64,000 bases of DNA from an uncultured Alphaproteobacteria bacterium (GTDB lineage Bacteria > Pseudomonadota > Alphaproteobacteria > Sphingomonadales > Sphingomonadaceae): NCBI GenBank assembly GCA_963728515.1, contig CAVSKM010000005.1:39232-103231 (forward strand). The letters are read 5' to 3'. Of the stretch, positions 50,909-64,000 are shown one piece after another (position 1 is the stretch's first letter; each line of letters opens with the position of its first letter). The notes under the pieces are model-generated. The model was not told the origin of the DNA and searched no databases. It saw only the letters and a program-made list of their open reading frames with translations. Made by a program: the position numbers and the translations under genes.

Positions 50909-52681
50909 TCAGGCCGCGGTCATGTCGCTGTCCGTCCGCGGTTTCGGCGGCGATTTGTCCTTCTTCCTCTGGGCTGCGGATTCGTCTTTTCCCCCGGCCC
51001 TCTCGACCTTCTCGGGCGCATCTTCCAGCACTTCGGCCAGACGCGGCGAAACTTCCGCCGTGGCCGGCCCCTTGACCAGCGTATCGAGCGAACTGCCGTC
51101 GAGACCGAGCTCCTTCATCAGCCCGTCGAGCACGGGCGCCTGTGCGCGATAGGCGAGTGCGGCACTGACCGCATCCGACGCCAGATTGCCGCTGGAACTC
51201 CCGCCGGCCGGTCCTGCGGAGTCCCTGCCTCCGCCATTGGTGAGCCCGTCGACCTGGACGATCTTGATCGAATCGATCGCTTCCATAGGCTTTGCGCTCT
51301 CGCGGATGACCTCGGGCAGGACCTTGAGCAGCGCCATTTTCGTCTGCAGCGAGATCTGGTCGTTGGAGAGGATGTTCGCCGCCTCATTGATCGCCTTCTG
51401 CCCCGCAGCCTCGACCTCGAAACGCACCCGCGCCGCCTCGGCCCGCAGCTTCTCGGCCTCGGCTTCGCCTTCCGCCTCGCGGCGGACGGCTTCCGCCCTG
51501 TTCGAGGCGGCATCCTTTTCCGCCTCCGCATCGACGCGGATCTTGATGGCGTCGCGTTCGGCCTGCTTGGAGGCCTCGATCAGTTCGATCCGCTTTTGCC
51601 GCTCGGCGATTTCGGTCTCGCGGCTGGTCGACACCTGCTCTTCCGCGGCGACGGCCTTCGCCCGGGCCTCGTCGGCGGTGGCTTTGGCCTGGCTTTCCTC
51701 GCGGCTCTTGTTCTGGACCGCGATCTGCTGTTCCTGGCGGGCAATCTCGAGCGCGCGGGTCTGGTCGATCCGCGCCTCTTCGACCAGCCGGTCGGCCTCG
51801 ATCTGCTGCGCATCGACCTGCTTCTTGGCTTCGATCCGCGCGGCGTCGGCCTCGCGGCTGCGCTCCGCCTGCTCGCGGGAGATTTCCGAAGCCTGCTTGG
51901 CGCGGCGCATCTCGACTTCGCGCTCCTGCTCGAGCCGCGCATATTCCTTGTCGCGACCGATCTCGAAGCTGCGCGTGTCGGCCTCGAGATTCTTGGTTTC
52001 CATCTGGACGCGCGTGTCCTGCTCGATGTCGTTCCTGAGTTTCTTGCGCGCCTCGATCTGCTCGGTCAGCTTTGTCAGGCCCTCGGCATCGAAGGCGTTG
52101 TTGGCGTTGAAGTGCTCGATGCTCGTCTGATCGAGCCCGGTAAGCGATACCGACTCCAGCTCGAGGCCGTTCATCGCCAGATCGTTCGAGCTGACCTGCT
52201 GGACCTTCTGGACGAAATCCGCCCGCTGCTCGTGCAATTCGTTCATGCTCATACCCGCCGCGACCGAGCGCAGCGCATCGACGAATTTGCCTTCGACCAG
52301 ATCCTTGAGCATTTCGGGTTGCATGGTGCGCTGGCCGAGCGTCTGCGCCGCCATGGCGATGGCGCTCGCGTCGGGGCGGACGCGGACGTAGAATTCGGCT
52401 TTGACGTCGATTCGCAAGCGGTCGAGCGTGATCAGCGCCTCGCCGTCGCGGCGGACGACCGGCAGCACCAGCGTGTTCATATTGACCGGCATGGTCTCGT
52501 GGAACACCGGCAGCACCAGCGCGCCGCCGTTCATCACGACCTTCTCTCCGCCGACGCCGGTGCGCACGAAGGCGACCTCTTTCGAGGCCCGCCGGTACAA
52601 TTTGGCGAGGAAGAGGCCGATGACCAGCAGGCCGACGACGACGGCGCCCACGATGATCGCCAGATCGGTAAGATTTTCCAT
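50909..52681 (-). CDS. yqiK: flotillin-like SPFH protein (YqiK type)
   Basis: 590 aa. N-terminal TM, SPFH core, then a long E/A/R/K coiled-coil (flotillin) region. Confidence 0.88.
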   Translation of the reverse strand: MENLTDLAIIVGAVVVGLLVIGLFLAKLYRRASKEVAFVRTGVGGEKVVMNGGALVLPVFHETMPVNMNTLVLPVVRRDGEALITLDRLRIDVKAEFYVRVRPDASAIAMAAQTLGQRTMQPEMLKDLVEGKFVDALRSVAAGMSMNELHEQRADFVQKVQQVSSNDLAMNGLELESVSLTGLDQTSIEHFNANNAFDAEGLTKLTEQIEARKKLRNDIEQDTRVQMETKNLEADTRSFEIGRDKEYARLEQEREVEMRRAKQASEISREQAERSREADAARIEAKKQVDAQQIEADRLVEEARIDQTRALEIARQEQQIAVQNKSREESQAKATADEARAKAVAAEEQVSTSRETEIAERQKRIELIEASKQAERDAIKIRVDAEAEKDAASNRAEAVRREAEGEAEAEKLRAEAARVRFEVEAAGQKAINEAANILSNDQISLQTKMALLKVLPEVIRESAKPMEAIDSIKIVQVDGLTNGGGRDSAGPAGGSSSGNLASDAVSAALAYRAQAPVLDGLMKELGLDGSSLDTLVKGPATAEVSPRLAEVLEDAPEKVERAGGKDESAAQRKKDKSPPKPRTDSDMTAA

Positions 52682-52693
52682 GTCCGCTCCTTG

Positions 52694-53320
52694 TTAACTC
52701 GTGGTCGGCGACAGGCGGCGCTCGGCGAGCGCGGTCGCGTAGAACTGGTTGCCCTCGCGCCGGACGAGGAGGACCTCGTCGCCGGCGTGGAGTTCGGCCG
52801 TGCTTTCGTGCGGCTCGATCATGACGTGATGGTCCTGCCCGTGAACGTCCCTGACCCGCGCACGCGCAGGCGACCCGCGCCGTGCTATCCCGTCGGTGAC
52901 GACCGCGCGGCGGCCCACCAGAGAAGCGACATCGACCGCGCTGGTCTCGTCCTGCGGCAGGATTCGGCCCAGCGGCCGCGCCATCAGCCCGGCTACGGGA
53001 AGCGCGCCTCCCGCGGCGAGAACCGCGGCGAGCCAGCGATCGAGCGGAGACCCCGTCAGCGCTTCGGCGAGATGCTGGATCCCGACCCCGGCCCCCGCGA
53101 AGATCAGCAGGAACACCACCAGCCAGACGGTCACGGGGACCCGGCCGAGACCGAGCAGCGTCAACAGGCCACCGAGCGGCCCCGCCGAGAGCGCCGAATC
53201 GCCGTCTGCATCGAGATCGAGGTCGAAATCGAGAAAGCCGAACAGCTGGATCACGAGCAGCGCCGCCATCACGACCAGCGCAGCGGCGAAGGGCAGATTA
53301 TATGGCTCTAAAAACGTCAC
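52694..53320 (-). CDS. yqiJ: YqiJ/NfeD-like membrane protein with C-terminal OB-fold
   Basis: GTG start. Acidic loop FDLDLDADGD, TM helices and a C-terminal soluble beta-rich domain. Lies 12 nt upstream of the flotillin gene. Confidence 0.7.
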   Translation of the reverse strand: MTFLEPYNLPFAAALVVMAALLVIQLFGFLDFDLDLDADGDSALSAGPLGGLLTLLGLGRVPVTVWLVVFLLIFAGAGVGIQHLAEALTGSPLDRWLAAVLAAGGALPVAGLMARPLGRILPQDETSAVDVASLVGRRAVVTDGIARRGSPARARVRDVHGQDHHVMIEPHESTAELHAGDEVLLVRREGNQFYATALAERRLSPTTS

Positions 53321-53700
53321 CGGCCCCCGCCCGATCTGGTCGGAGGTCGTCTCCCCTTCCGCGCTACGGAAAAGGGGCCTTCCACCGATTGCTTGCCTTG
53401 GGGGAGGCTAGCGAGCGGGCGGACCGGCCGGTAGGTATATGCGACGAACCGAGTTCGATTTCGGCGCCGCTTCGCCCGCGAAGCAGCCATTTTCCTACAC
53501 GCAGCCCACCCTGTAGACTGCGCGGGATGACCCGTTTCTCCGCCCCCGTCTTTGCCCCTGTCCGCTGCGCGCTTCAGCCTGCCGGCGGGCGCTCGCGCGG
53601 GGCGGGCTTTTTAGCGCCTGGACTGTGTAACAGGTGGTCCATGTCTCGCAGGAAAGTCGGCAGAAAGCTGAACGGCCAAAGTGAATCAGGCCCGCGCGAA

Positions 53701-55002
53701 TCAGGCCGGGGTGAAGCGCAGGGGGAGCGTCTTCAGCCCGCCGACGAAGGTCGATCTGGAGCGCGCCGGTTCGCCCGCCAGCGCGATCGTCTCGATCCGG
53801 TCGAGCAGCACTTCGAACAGGATCCGCATCTCGAGCCGGGCGAGATGCAGGCCGAGGCACTGGTGCGCCCCGGCGCCGAAGGCGAGATGGCGGTTGGGGC
53901 TGCGCGCGGCGTCGAAGCTGCGCGGCGCGTCGAATTGCGCCGGATCGTGGTTGGCGGCGACATAGTTGATCATCAGCCAGTCGCCCGCGGCGATGCGCTG
54001 GCCGCCGACCTCGGTGTCCTGCGCCGCGGTGCGCATGAAGTGCTGCACCGGCGTGGTCCAGCGGATCGCTTCCTCGACGATGCCGGGGAGCAGCGAGCGG
54101 TCGGCACGGACGCGGGCCCATTGGCCGGGGTCGCGCGCCAACGCCAGCATCGCTCCGGCGGTGCTGGCCGAAGTCGTGTCGTGCCCCGCCGCGGCGACGA
54201 TGATGTAATAGCCCATCATGTCGCGGTCGTTGAGCGGCTCGCCATCGACCATGGCATTGGCGATGGTGCTGGCGACATCGCCCGTCGGACGGGCGCGCTT
54301 CTCGGCGGTGAGGCGGGCGAAATAGGCCTCGAAGTCCTTGACCGCCCCGGCGACGATCTGGGTGATCACCTCGGGCGGCAGCTCCTTCATCCCCGACTGG
54401 TTGAGATCCTCGTCCTGCCCGCCGAACATCTGCTGGGTCAGCGTGAGCATGCGCTGCTCGTCCTCCTCGGGGACGCCGAGGATCTGCATCACAACATGCA
54501 GCGGATAGGGCGCCGAGACGCGCTTGCAGAAATCGGCTTCGGGTCCGGCGGCGAGCAGGCGCTCGACCGTGTCCTGCGCGATCCCGCGGATCTCCTCCTC
54601 GAGCCGGCGCAGGTTCTTGGGCATGAACCAGTCCTGCGTCAGCTTGCGGTAGGTCATGTGGACCGGCGCATCGAAGGTGACCAGGCTGGCGACCATATGC
54701 TCGCTGCCGCCGCTGAACTGCCTCGCGAAGTCGAGCCCCTCGGTGGTCGAGAAGACCACGCTGTGCGGATTGTTGAGGAAGGTGGCATTGTCCTTCGAGA
54801 TCCGCATCACGTCCTCGTAGCGGGTCACCAGCCAGAACGGCGGGTGGATCCCGTCGGGCGATTCGACCCAGGCGACGGGCATTGCCTCGCGCAGCCGGTC
54901 GAAGGTGTCGAGCAGCGGGTCCCAGGCGGCGTAGCTTTCGGGCGCGATCACCTGGCGGGCGGTGGCGGGGTCGAGCCGCGGCCGGTCCTGCGTCGCCATC
55001 AT
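53701..55002 (-). CDS. cytochrome P450
   Basis: Heme-binding FGAGAHQCLG, I-helix AAAGHDTTS and ExxR (EEAIR). Confidence 0.93.
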   Translation of the reverse strand: MMATQDRPRLDPATARQVIAPESYAAWDPLLDTFDRLREAMPVAWVESPDGIHPPFWLVTRYEDVMRISKDNATFLNNPHSVVFSTTEGLDFARQFSGGSEHMVASLVTFDAPVHMTYRKLTQDWFMPKNLRRLEEEIRGIAQDTVERLLAAGPEADFCKRVSAPYPLHVVMQILGVPEEDEQRMLTLTQQMFGGQDEDLNQSGMKELPPEVITQIVAGAVKDFEAYFARLTAEKRARPTGDVASTIANAMVDGEPLNDRDMMGYYIIVAAAGHDTTSASTAGAMLALARDPGQWARVRADRSLLPGIVEEAIRWTTPVQHFMRTAAQDTEVGGQRIAAGDWLMINYVAANHDPAQFDAPRSFDAARSPNRHLAFGAGAHQCLGLHLARLEMRILFEVLLDRIETIALAGEPARSRSTFVGGLKTLPLRFTPA

Positions 55003-56558
55003 GCCCGCTCCGTCTCGATCTCGGCCTTGCGTGCATATTCGTCGCGCAGCTCGCGCTTGTACAGCTTGCCATTGGCCTCGCGCGGGAGCTCGGGGCGGAA
55101 GTCGAACAGCTTGGGCATCTTGATCCGGGCAAGCTTCGGCGCGAGGAAGTCGCGCAGTTCCGCCTCGAACGCGCGCCCCCCGTCGCCGGCCACCTCATGC
55201 ATGTCGCGCGGCTGGACCACCGCGACGACCTTCTCGCCGAAATCGGGGCAAGGTGCGCCGATCACCGCGGCATCCATGACCTTGTCGTGGGTGACCAGCA
55301 GGTTCTCGATCTCCTGCGGATAGATGTTGACCCCGCCCGAGATGATCATGTGGCTCTTGCGGTCGGTGAGATAGAGATAGCCGTCCTTGTCGAGATGGCC
55401 GATGTCGCCGAGCGTCATCCAGCCCGCGGGATGCATCGCCTCGGCGGTCTTCTCGGGGTCGTTGTGATAGCTCGGGATCTGGTCGTTCTCGAAGTACAGC
55501 AGGCCGTCCTCGCCCGGCGGAAGCTCCTCGCCCTCCGGGCCGCAGACATGGATCGTGCCGTGGATCGCGCGGCCCACGCTGCCCGGGTGGTCGAGCCAGT
55601 CCTCGGCCTTGATCAGCGTCATGCCGATGCCTTCGGAGCCGGCGTAATACTCGTTGATGATCGGCCCCCACCATTCGATCATCTCGCGCTTGATCGGCAC
55701 CGGACAGGGCGCGGCGGCGTGGAGCGCGCGCCGGTGGCTCGAGAGGTCGTAGCGGGTGCGGACCGCCGGATCGAGCTTGAGCATCCGGACGAAATGCGTC
55801 GGCACCCACTGGCTGTCGGTGATCCTGTACTTCTCGATCGTCGCCAGCGCCTCCTCGGGGTCGAATGTCTCCATCACCACCACCGTCCCCCCGAGCCGCT
55901 GCGCGGTGGTGCACCAGCCCAGCGGAGCGGCGTGATAGAGCGGGGCCGGCGAGAGATAGACCATGCTGCCGTCGGCCGGCATGCCCGCCCCCATCACCGC
56001 CAGCCCGACCAGCGGGTTGGTCGCCTCAATGTCGGCATCGGCAGGCGGCGCGGGCCTCACCCCCTTGGGCCGGCCGGTGGTGCCCGAGGAATAGAGCATG
56101 TACTGGCCGGGTGCCTGGTCGGGAATGGGCTCGGCGGGCTGCGCGGCGAGCAGGGCCTCATAATCCTCCTCGCCCTCGCCGCCGACCACCAGCAGCGGCA
56201 CGTCGGGGCATTCGCGGCGGATATCGGCGGCGACGCCGTCGAACTTGCGCGTGGTGACGAGGAAGCGCGCACCGGCATCCTCGAGGATGTAGCAGATCTC
56301 GGGCGCGGTCAGCCGGGTCGAGATCGGCACCAGCATCGTCCCCGCGCGCTGCGATCCCCAGACGATCTGCAGATAATGCGCCGTGTTCTCCATCAGCACG
56401 GCGAAGCGATCCCCCGGCTTCAGCCCGCGGGCGCGCAGAAGATGCGCGAAGCGATTGGCGTAGCGGTCCATCTCGGCGAAGGTCACGGTCTCCCCGCTTG
56501 CCGCCATGATGATCGCGGGGTGGTCGGGACGGGTTCGGGCATGGGTGATCGGATGCAT
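54999..56558 (-). CDS. acyl-CoA synthetase (AMP-forming)
   Basis: AMP-binding motif MLYSSGTTGRPKG, YYAGSEG, TLGDIGHLDKDGYLYLTDR. The stop overlaps the P450 ATG. Confidence 0.9.
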   Translation of the reverse strand: MHPITHARTRPDHPAIIMAASGETVTFAEMDRYANRFAHLLRARGLKPGDRFAVLMENTAHYLQIVWGSQRAGTMLVPISTRLTAPEICYILEDAGARFLVTTRKFDGVAADIRRECPDVPLLVVGGEGEEDYEALLAAQPAEPIPDQAPGQYMLYSSGTTGRPKGVRPAPPADADIEATNPLVGLAVMGAGMPADGSMVYLSPAPLYHAAPLGWCTTAQRLGGTVVVMETFDPEEALATIEKYRITDSQWVPTHFVRMLKLDPAVRTRYDLSSHRRALHAAAPCPVPIKREMIEWWGPIINEYYAGSEGIGMTLIKAEDWLDHPGSVGRAIHGTIHVCGPEGEELPPGEDGLLYFENDQIPSYHNDPEKTAEAMHPAGWMTLGDIGHLDKDGYLYLTDRKSHMIISGGVNIYPQEIENLLVTHDKVMDAAVIGAPCPDFGEKVVAVVQPRDMHEVAGDGGRAFEAELRDFLAPKLARIKMPKLFDFRPELPREANGKLYKRELRDEYARKAEIETERA

Positions 56559-56641
56559 TCGGGCCTCTCTCTTCCGCAGGTCTCTTGTCGGACCTATCCA
56601 GTTGCGGGAAGAAACCTAACCGACCGTGGGGCGCGGGCAAG

Positions 56642-56671
56642 AAAAAAGGGCGGCGGGTTGCCCCGTCGCCC
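56642..56671 (-). terminator. intrinsic terminator of the M23 peptidase gene
   Basis: 10-bp stem (one G-U) gggcggcggg/ccccgtcgccc with a 4-nt loop. On the minus strand it is followed by T6 (forward A6 at 56642-56647). Confidence 0.7.
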
Positions 56672-56701
56672 TCGTTGCGCGCTGCCGAAGGGCTCGCGAC
56701 C

Positions 56702-57382
56702 TCACTCGTCTCCGTCGCCCTGTCCGCCGGTGCCGGTGGCGAGGGCAAAGGCCCGCTGCGCTTCCGATTCGACCATATAGGGGACCGGGTTGACCGGCTT
56801 GCCGTTGATGCGGACTTCATAATGCAGGTGCGGCCCGGTCGAGCGGCCGGTCGTGCCGACATAGCCGATCAGTTCGCCCTTCTTCACGCGCTGACCTTCA
56901 TGCGCCACGACGCGCGACATATGCGCGAACCGCGTCTGGAGCTGCGCCCCATGCTCGATCGAGACGTAATTGCCATAGCTGCTGAAAGGGCCGGCCCGGC
57001 TCACCAGCCCGTCGGCGGTGGCATAGATCGGCGTGCCCGTCGGGGCGGCCAGATCGACGCCATTGTGGTTGCGGCGGCCGCCCAGAACGGGGTGGGTACG
57101 CATCCCGTAATCGCTGGTCAGGCGGGTGTCCTCGAGCGGCATGCGCGAAGGCACCGAAACGCTGCTGTGCACGGTGGCGGAACGGTCGAGCTGATCCCAT
57201 TTGGCGAAGAGCTGCTGGAACTGCGCATCGTCGCCGGCCTGTGCAGGCGCAGCGACCTTGCTGACGTCAATGACGCCGACAGCGGCAGCAGCGTTGGTGT
57301 CTCCGGCCTGCGCGGGAGTGGCAGCGATGCCCAAACCCGAAGCAGCCATTACGAGAGCAAGCCTGTAGCGCTTGAGAATCAT
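56702..57382 (-). CDS. M23 family metallopeptidase
   Basis: Internal ATG 57382 gives a signal peptide (MILKRYRLALVMAASGLGIAATPAQA). HxxxD (HNGVDLAAP) and HxH (GPHLHYEV) motifs. Confidence 0.9.
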   Translation of the reverse strand: MILKRYRLALVMAASGLGIAATPAQAGDTNAAAAVGVIDVSKVAAPAQAGDDAQFQQLFAKWDQLDRSATVHSSVSVPSRMPLEDTRLTSDYGMRTHPVLGGRRNHNGVDLAAPTGTPIYATADGLVSRAGPFSSYGNYVSIEHGAQLQTRFAHMSRVVAHEGQRVKKGELIGYVGTTGRSTGPHLHYEVRINGKPVNPVPYMVESEAQRAFALATGTGGQGDGDE

Positions 57383-57972
57383 GCTAACCCGTCCATCCGG
57401 CACTTTGGTGCCTGTTCGATCCCTGGCGATCGCGGCGTCCCGTGCCACAACCGCCCTTTTTCGTCACTGCCGGAACCCCCCGGCGTCTCGTGAGTTTGGG
57501 TTATCGGCGAAAAAGTTAATCAGGCAACACCGGGGCGCCGTGGGCGCGGCAAGCTGCCTGCCAAACACGCCGAGTCGTTGAATCGAGCGTTGGGGCGCTG
57601 CCCGAACTTCGCCCAGCGGCAAAAATTCCAGCATTTCCGCGGATTTGGCAAAGTCCCCTTCGCTCGGGGTCCGAAAACGCTTGGGCCCGGCGCGCTGGCG
57701 AGAAGAGTCGCCGTCAAGGATTCGCCGCGCGATCGTAAGGCTTTTCCACCGCGCGAAGGACGCGGTATTTTCGCATCGCGCCGCACGGCTTCGGCGAGCG
57801 AGCGCGCCGGATTGCACCCTTGCGGGCGGTGCCGTTTCACGCGCTTCGATCTGCGGCATTTCACCGGCCTGCTGCGGCCAGACTCCGCCACGAGCCTGCC
57901 CGGGAGGGCGCGCGGACCGCTTCGCTGCCGCGCGGCTGCGCAGCCAAGCGTGGCGGTGCGTTCCCGAATCGA

Positions 57973-62016
<4,044 letters not shown>

Positions 62017-62088
62017 ACAGTGCTGAACAGCGGGCAGGCCATTGCAATCATGGCTCGACATGGCGCGGGCGGGCCATAGAAAGGCCCG

Positions 62089-63648
62089 ATGATCGATGCA
62101 GACCTGCTAGCCGCGCTGAACGAGCCCTTCGGCGATTTCTCCACCATTCTCGCCGCCAATGCCCGGCGGCACGGCGACCGGATCGCGCTGCGCGACGATG
62201 GCGGCGAACTGAGCTGGCGCGAGCTGGGCGAGCGGGTCGAGCGGATCGCGGCGCGGCTGGGGGCCGATGGGCTCGAGCGCGGGCAGGCGGTCGCGATCCT
62301 GGGCTATTCGAGCATAGCCTACGCGCTGGTGTTCCTCGCCGCGGTCCGCGCGGGCGGGGTGGCGGCACCGCTGACGACCAGCGCCAGCGCCGACCAGCTT
62401 GCCGGCATGGCGCGCGATTCGGGCGCGGCGCATCTCTTCATCGACCGGGCGAAGCTCGCCGAGCTGGGCGAGGATTGCTTCGCGGGCATGACCCGGGTGG
62501 TGCTCGACGAGGAACTCGACGACTGGATGGCGGCCCACAGCACTCGCGCACCCGCATTCGTCCCGCAGCCCGACGATCCGTTCAACATCATCTATTCGAG
62601 CGGGACCACCGGCGTGCCCAAGGGCATCGTCCATTCGCACCGGATGCGCTGGCGGCAGTTCGCGGCAACCGCGGCGAGCTGGCTCGAGAACGACCTCGCG
62701 GTGCGCAGCCTCGCCTCCACGCCGCTCTATTCGAACACCACCATGGTCGCTTTCCTGCCGCCGCTGCTGGCGGGCGGCACGGTGCGCGTGATGCGCAAAT
62801 TCGATGCCGCGCAATGGCTTGCCTTTGCCGAGGCAGACCGCACCACGGTCACCATGCTGGTCCCGGTGCAATACCGCCGGCTGATGCAGGAACCGTCCCT
62901 CGACACCAGCGACCTGGCCGCGCTGCAGCTCAAATACTGCACCTCCGCGCCGTTTCCGGCCGACCTCAAGCGCGAGGTGCTCGAGCGGATGCCGGGTGCG
63001 CTGGTGGAGATCTATTCGATGACCGAGGGCGGCGTGGTCTGCCTGCTCGAGGCGCATAAGTTCCCCGACAAGCTCCACAGCGTCGGGCGTCCGGCGCCCG
63101 GCAGCGAGCTCAAGGTGCTCGACGACGAGGACCGCCCGGTGGCGCCGGGCGAGCCGGGCAATCTCGTCGGCCGCAGCCGGACGATGATGTCGGGCTACAA
63201 GAACCAGCCGGACAAGACCCGCGAGGGCTATTGGACCGATCCCGAGACCGGCGAGGTGTGGCAGCGGATGGGCGACATCGGCCGCGTCGATGCCGATGGC
63301 TTCGTCGAACTGGTCGGCCGGGCGAAGGACATGATCATCTCGGGCGGGTTCAACATCTTCCCGGTCGATCTCGAAGCCGAACTGGCGAAGGAACCCGAGG
63401 TGGTCGAGGCAGCCGTCATCGGCGTGCCGAGCGAGCGCTGGGGCGAAACGCCGGTCGGCTTCGTCACGCTACGCGATGGCGGGACGCGGGGCGCCGATGC
63501 CATCCGCGAGGCGGTCAACGCCCGGCTCGGCAAGACCCAGCGGCTGGCGCAATTGCACGCCATCGACGACATGCCGCGCAGCCATATCGGCAAATTGCTC
63601 AAATCCGACCTGCGCGAAGAGGCCGCGCGGCGCGGTCTGCCCGAGTAG
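62089..63648 (+). CDS. acyl-CoA synthetase / AMP-dependent ligase
   Basis: AMP-binding motif IIYSSGTTGVPKG, MGDIGRVDADGFVELVGRAKD and a C-terminal GK motif. Confidence 0.9.
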   Translation: MIDADLLAALNEPFGDFSTILAANARRHGDRIALRDDGGELSWRELGERVERIAARLGADGLERGQAVAILGYSSIAYALVFLAAVRAGGVAAPLTTSASADQLAGMARDSGAAHLFIDRAKLAELGEDCFAGMTRVVLDEELDDWMAAHSTRAPAFVPQPDDPFNIIYSSGTTGVPKGIVHSHRMRWRQFAATAASWLENDLAVRSLASTPLYSNTTMVAFLPPLLAGGTVRVMRKFDAAQWLAFAEADRTTVTMLVPVQYRRLMQEPSLDTSDLAALQLKYCTSAPFPADLKREVLERMPGALVEIYSMTEGGVVCLLEAHKFPDKLHSVGRPAPGSELKVLDDEDRPVAPGEPGNLVGRSRTMMSGYKNQPDKTREGYWTDPETGEVWQRMGDIGRVDADGFVELVGRAKDMIISGGFNIFPVDLEAELAKEPEVVEAAVIGVPSERWGETPVGFVTLRDGGTRGADAIREAVNARLGKTQRLAQLHAIDDMPRSHIGKLLKSDLREEAARRGLPE

Positions 63649-63658
63649 CCGGCGTTTC

Positions 63659-63715
63659 GAGACGCGGCGCCGACTTCTTGGGGGAGGGGGAGAGGAATGT
63701 CGACGGCCGCGTCTC
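63659..63715. repeat. long imperfect hairpin with G-rich loop downstream of the acyl-CoA synthetase gene
   Basis: gagacgcggc (63659-63668) pairs with gccgcgtctc (63706-63715). The loop contains gggggagggggagagg. No U-tract. Confidence 0.45.
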
Positions 63716-64000
63716 TACTCGCTGCCATGTCGCCTCGCCGGTGCAGGGGGCGCGAAGGCCGGCCGCAGGGGCGAGGAAGGCTGGAAAGACAGACCGCGCC
63801 GGGGGGGGGCTGCGGGGCTTTCCGAATGCGTCGGACGGCGGGCTGACGCCCTGCCGTCCGGCTGATGGCGGCGAAATAATGTTGCGGCGTCGGGAACGAA
63901 AGTGAGAAAATCCGGATCGATGTTGCGTTAGGCGCAACTCCATCGCTCCGGGCCGGCCGCTCATCGTGGCGGGACTGTCGCTGCTCGGCGCGCCAATGCT

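Noticed and set aside
53447-53466. tRNA T-loop-like string (ccgagttcgatttcgg); a second one, ggggggttcgaac, at 19951-19963.
   Set aside because: The flanking sequence does not form a T-stem, acceptor stem or anticodon arm, so no cloverleaf can be drawn. I call no tRNA gene or tRNA-derived att site.

Overview
This is a GC-rich chromosomal segment with strong third-codon-position GC bias. Gene content and synteny look alphaproteobacterial, probably Sphingomonadales-like (leuS-lptE-holA, lptC-lptA, gltBD, gyrB, murA, galU, recQ, ung, psd, uppP). I can support 56 protein-coding genes, roughly 90 percent coding. I see no rRNA, tRNA, CRISPR array, transposase, integrase or phage gene. Most long ORFs in the six-frame track that lie opposite these genes are GC-driven shadow ORFs. 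The track also translates alternative start codons (GTG/TTG) as M, so several N-termini were re-set to internal ATG/TTG codons with ribosome-binding sites. The content is housekeeping plus acyl-CoA and lipid metabolism: two thiolases, two MaoC-type hydratases, an acyl-CoA dehydrogenase, a family III CoA-transferase, two acyl-CoA synthetases and a P450. It also covers PHA turnover (phaZ, phaB), envelope functions and stress-type small proteins. I did not find a convincing new defence, toxin or mobile system, and the window reads as core genome. The best candidates for undescribed biology are modest: (1) an ACAD / Mct-like CoA-transferase / thiolase / Meh-like hydratase cluster of unclear substrate; (2) an SPFH / ribbon-helix-helix / secreted hydrolase unit with a distinctive AT-rich promoter carrying a palindrome and 11-bp tandem repeats; (3) an isolated exosortase-type O-glycosylation-ligase / GT4 pair followed by an acidic disordered membrane protein; (4) a composite inverted-repeat element built from tandem 8-mers between murA and galU; (5) an orphan intrinsic terminator in a 334-bp gap; (6) a 590-bp lower-GC non-coding gap between gyrB and an M23 peptidase gene. 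All functional calls rest on motif recognition by eye. No searches were run.
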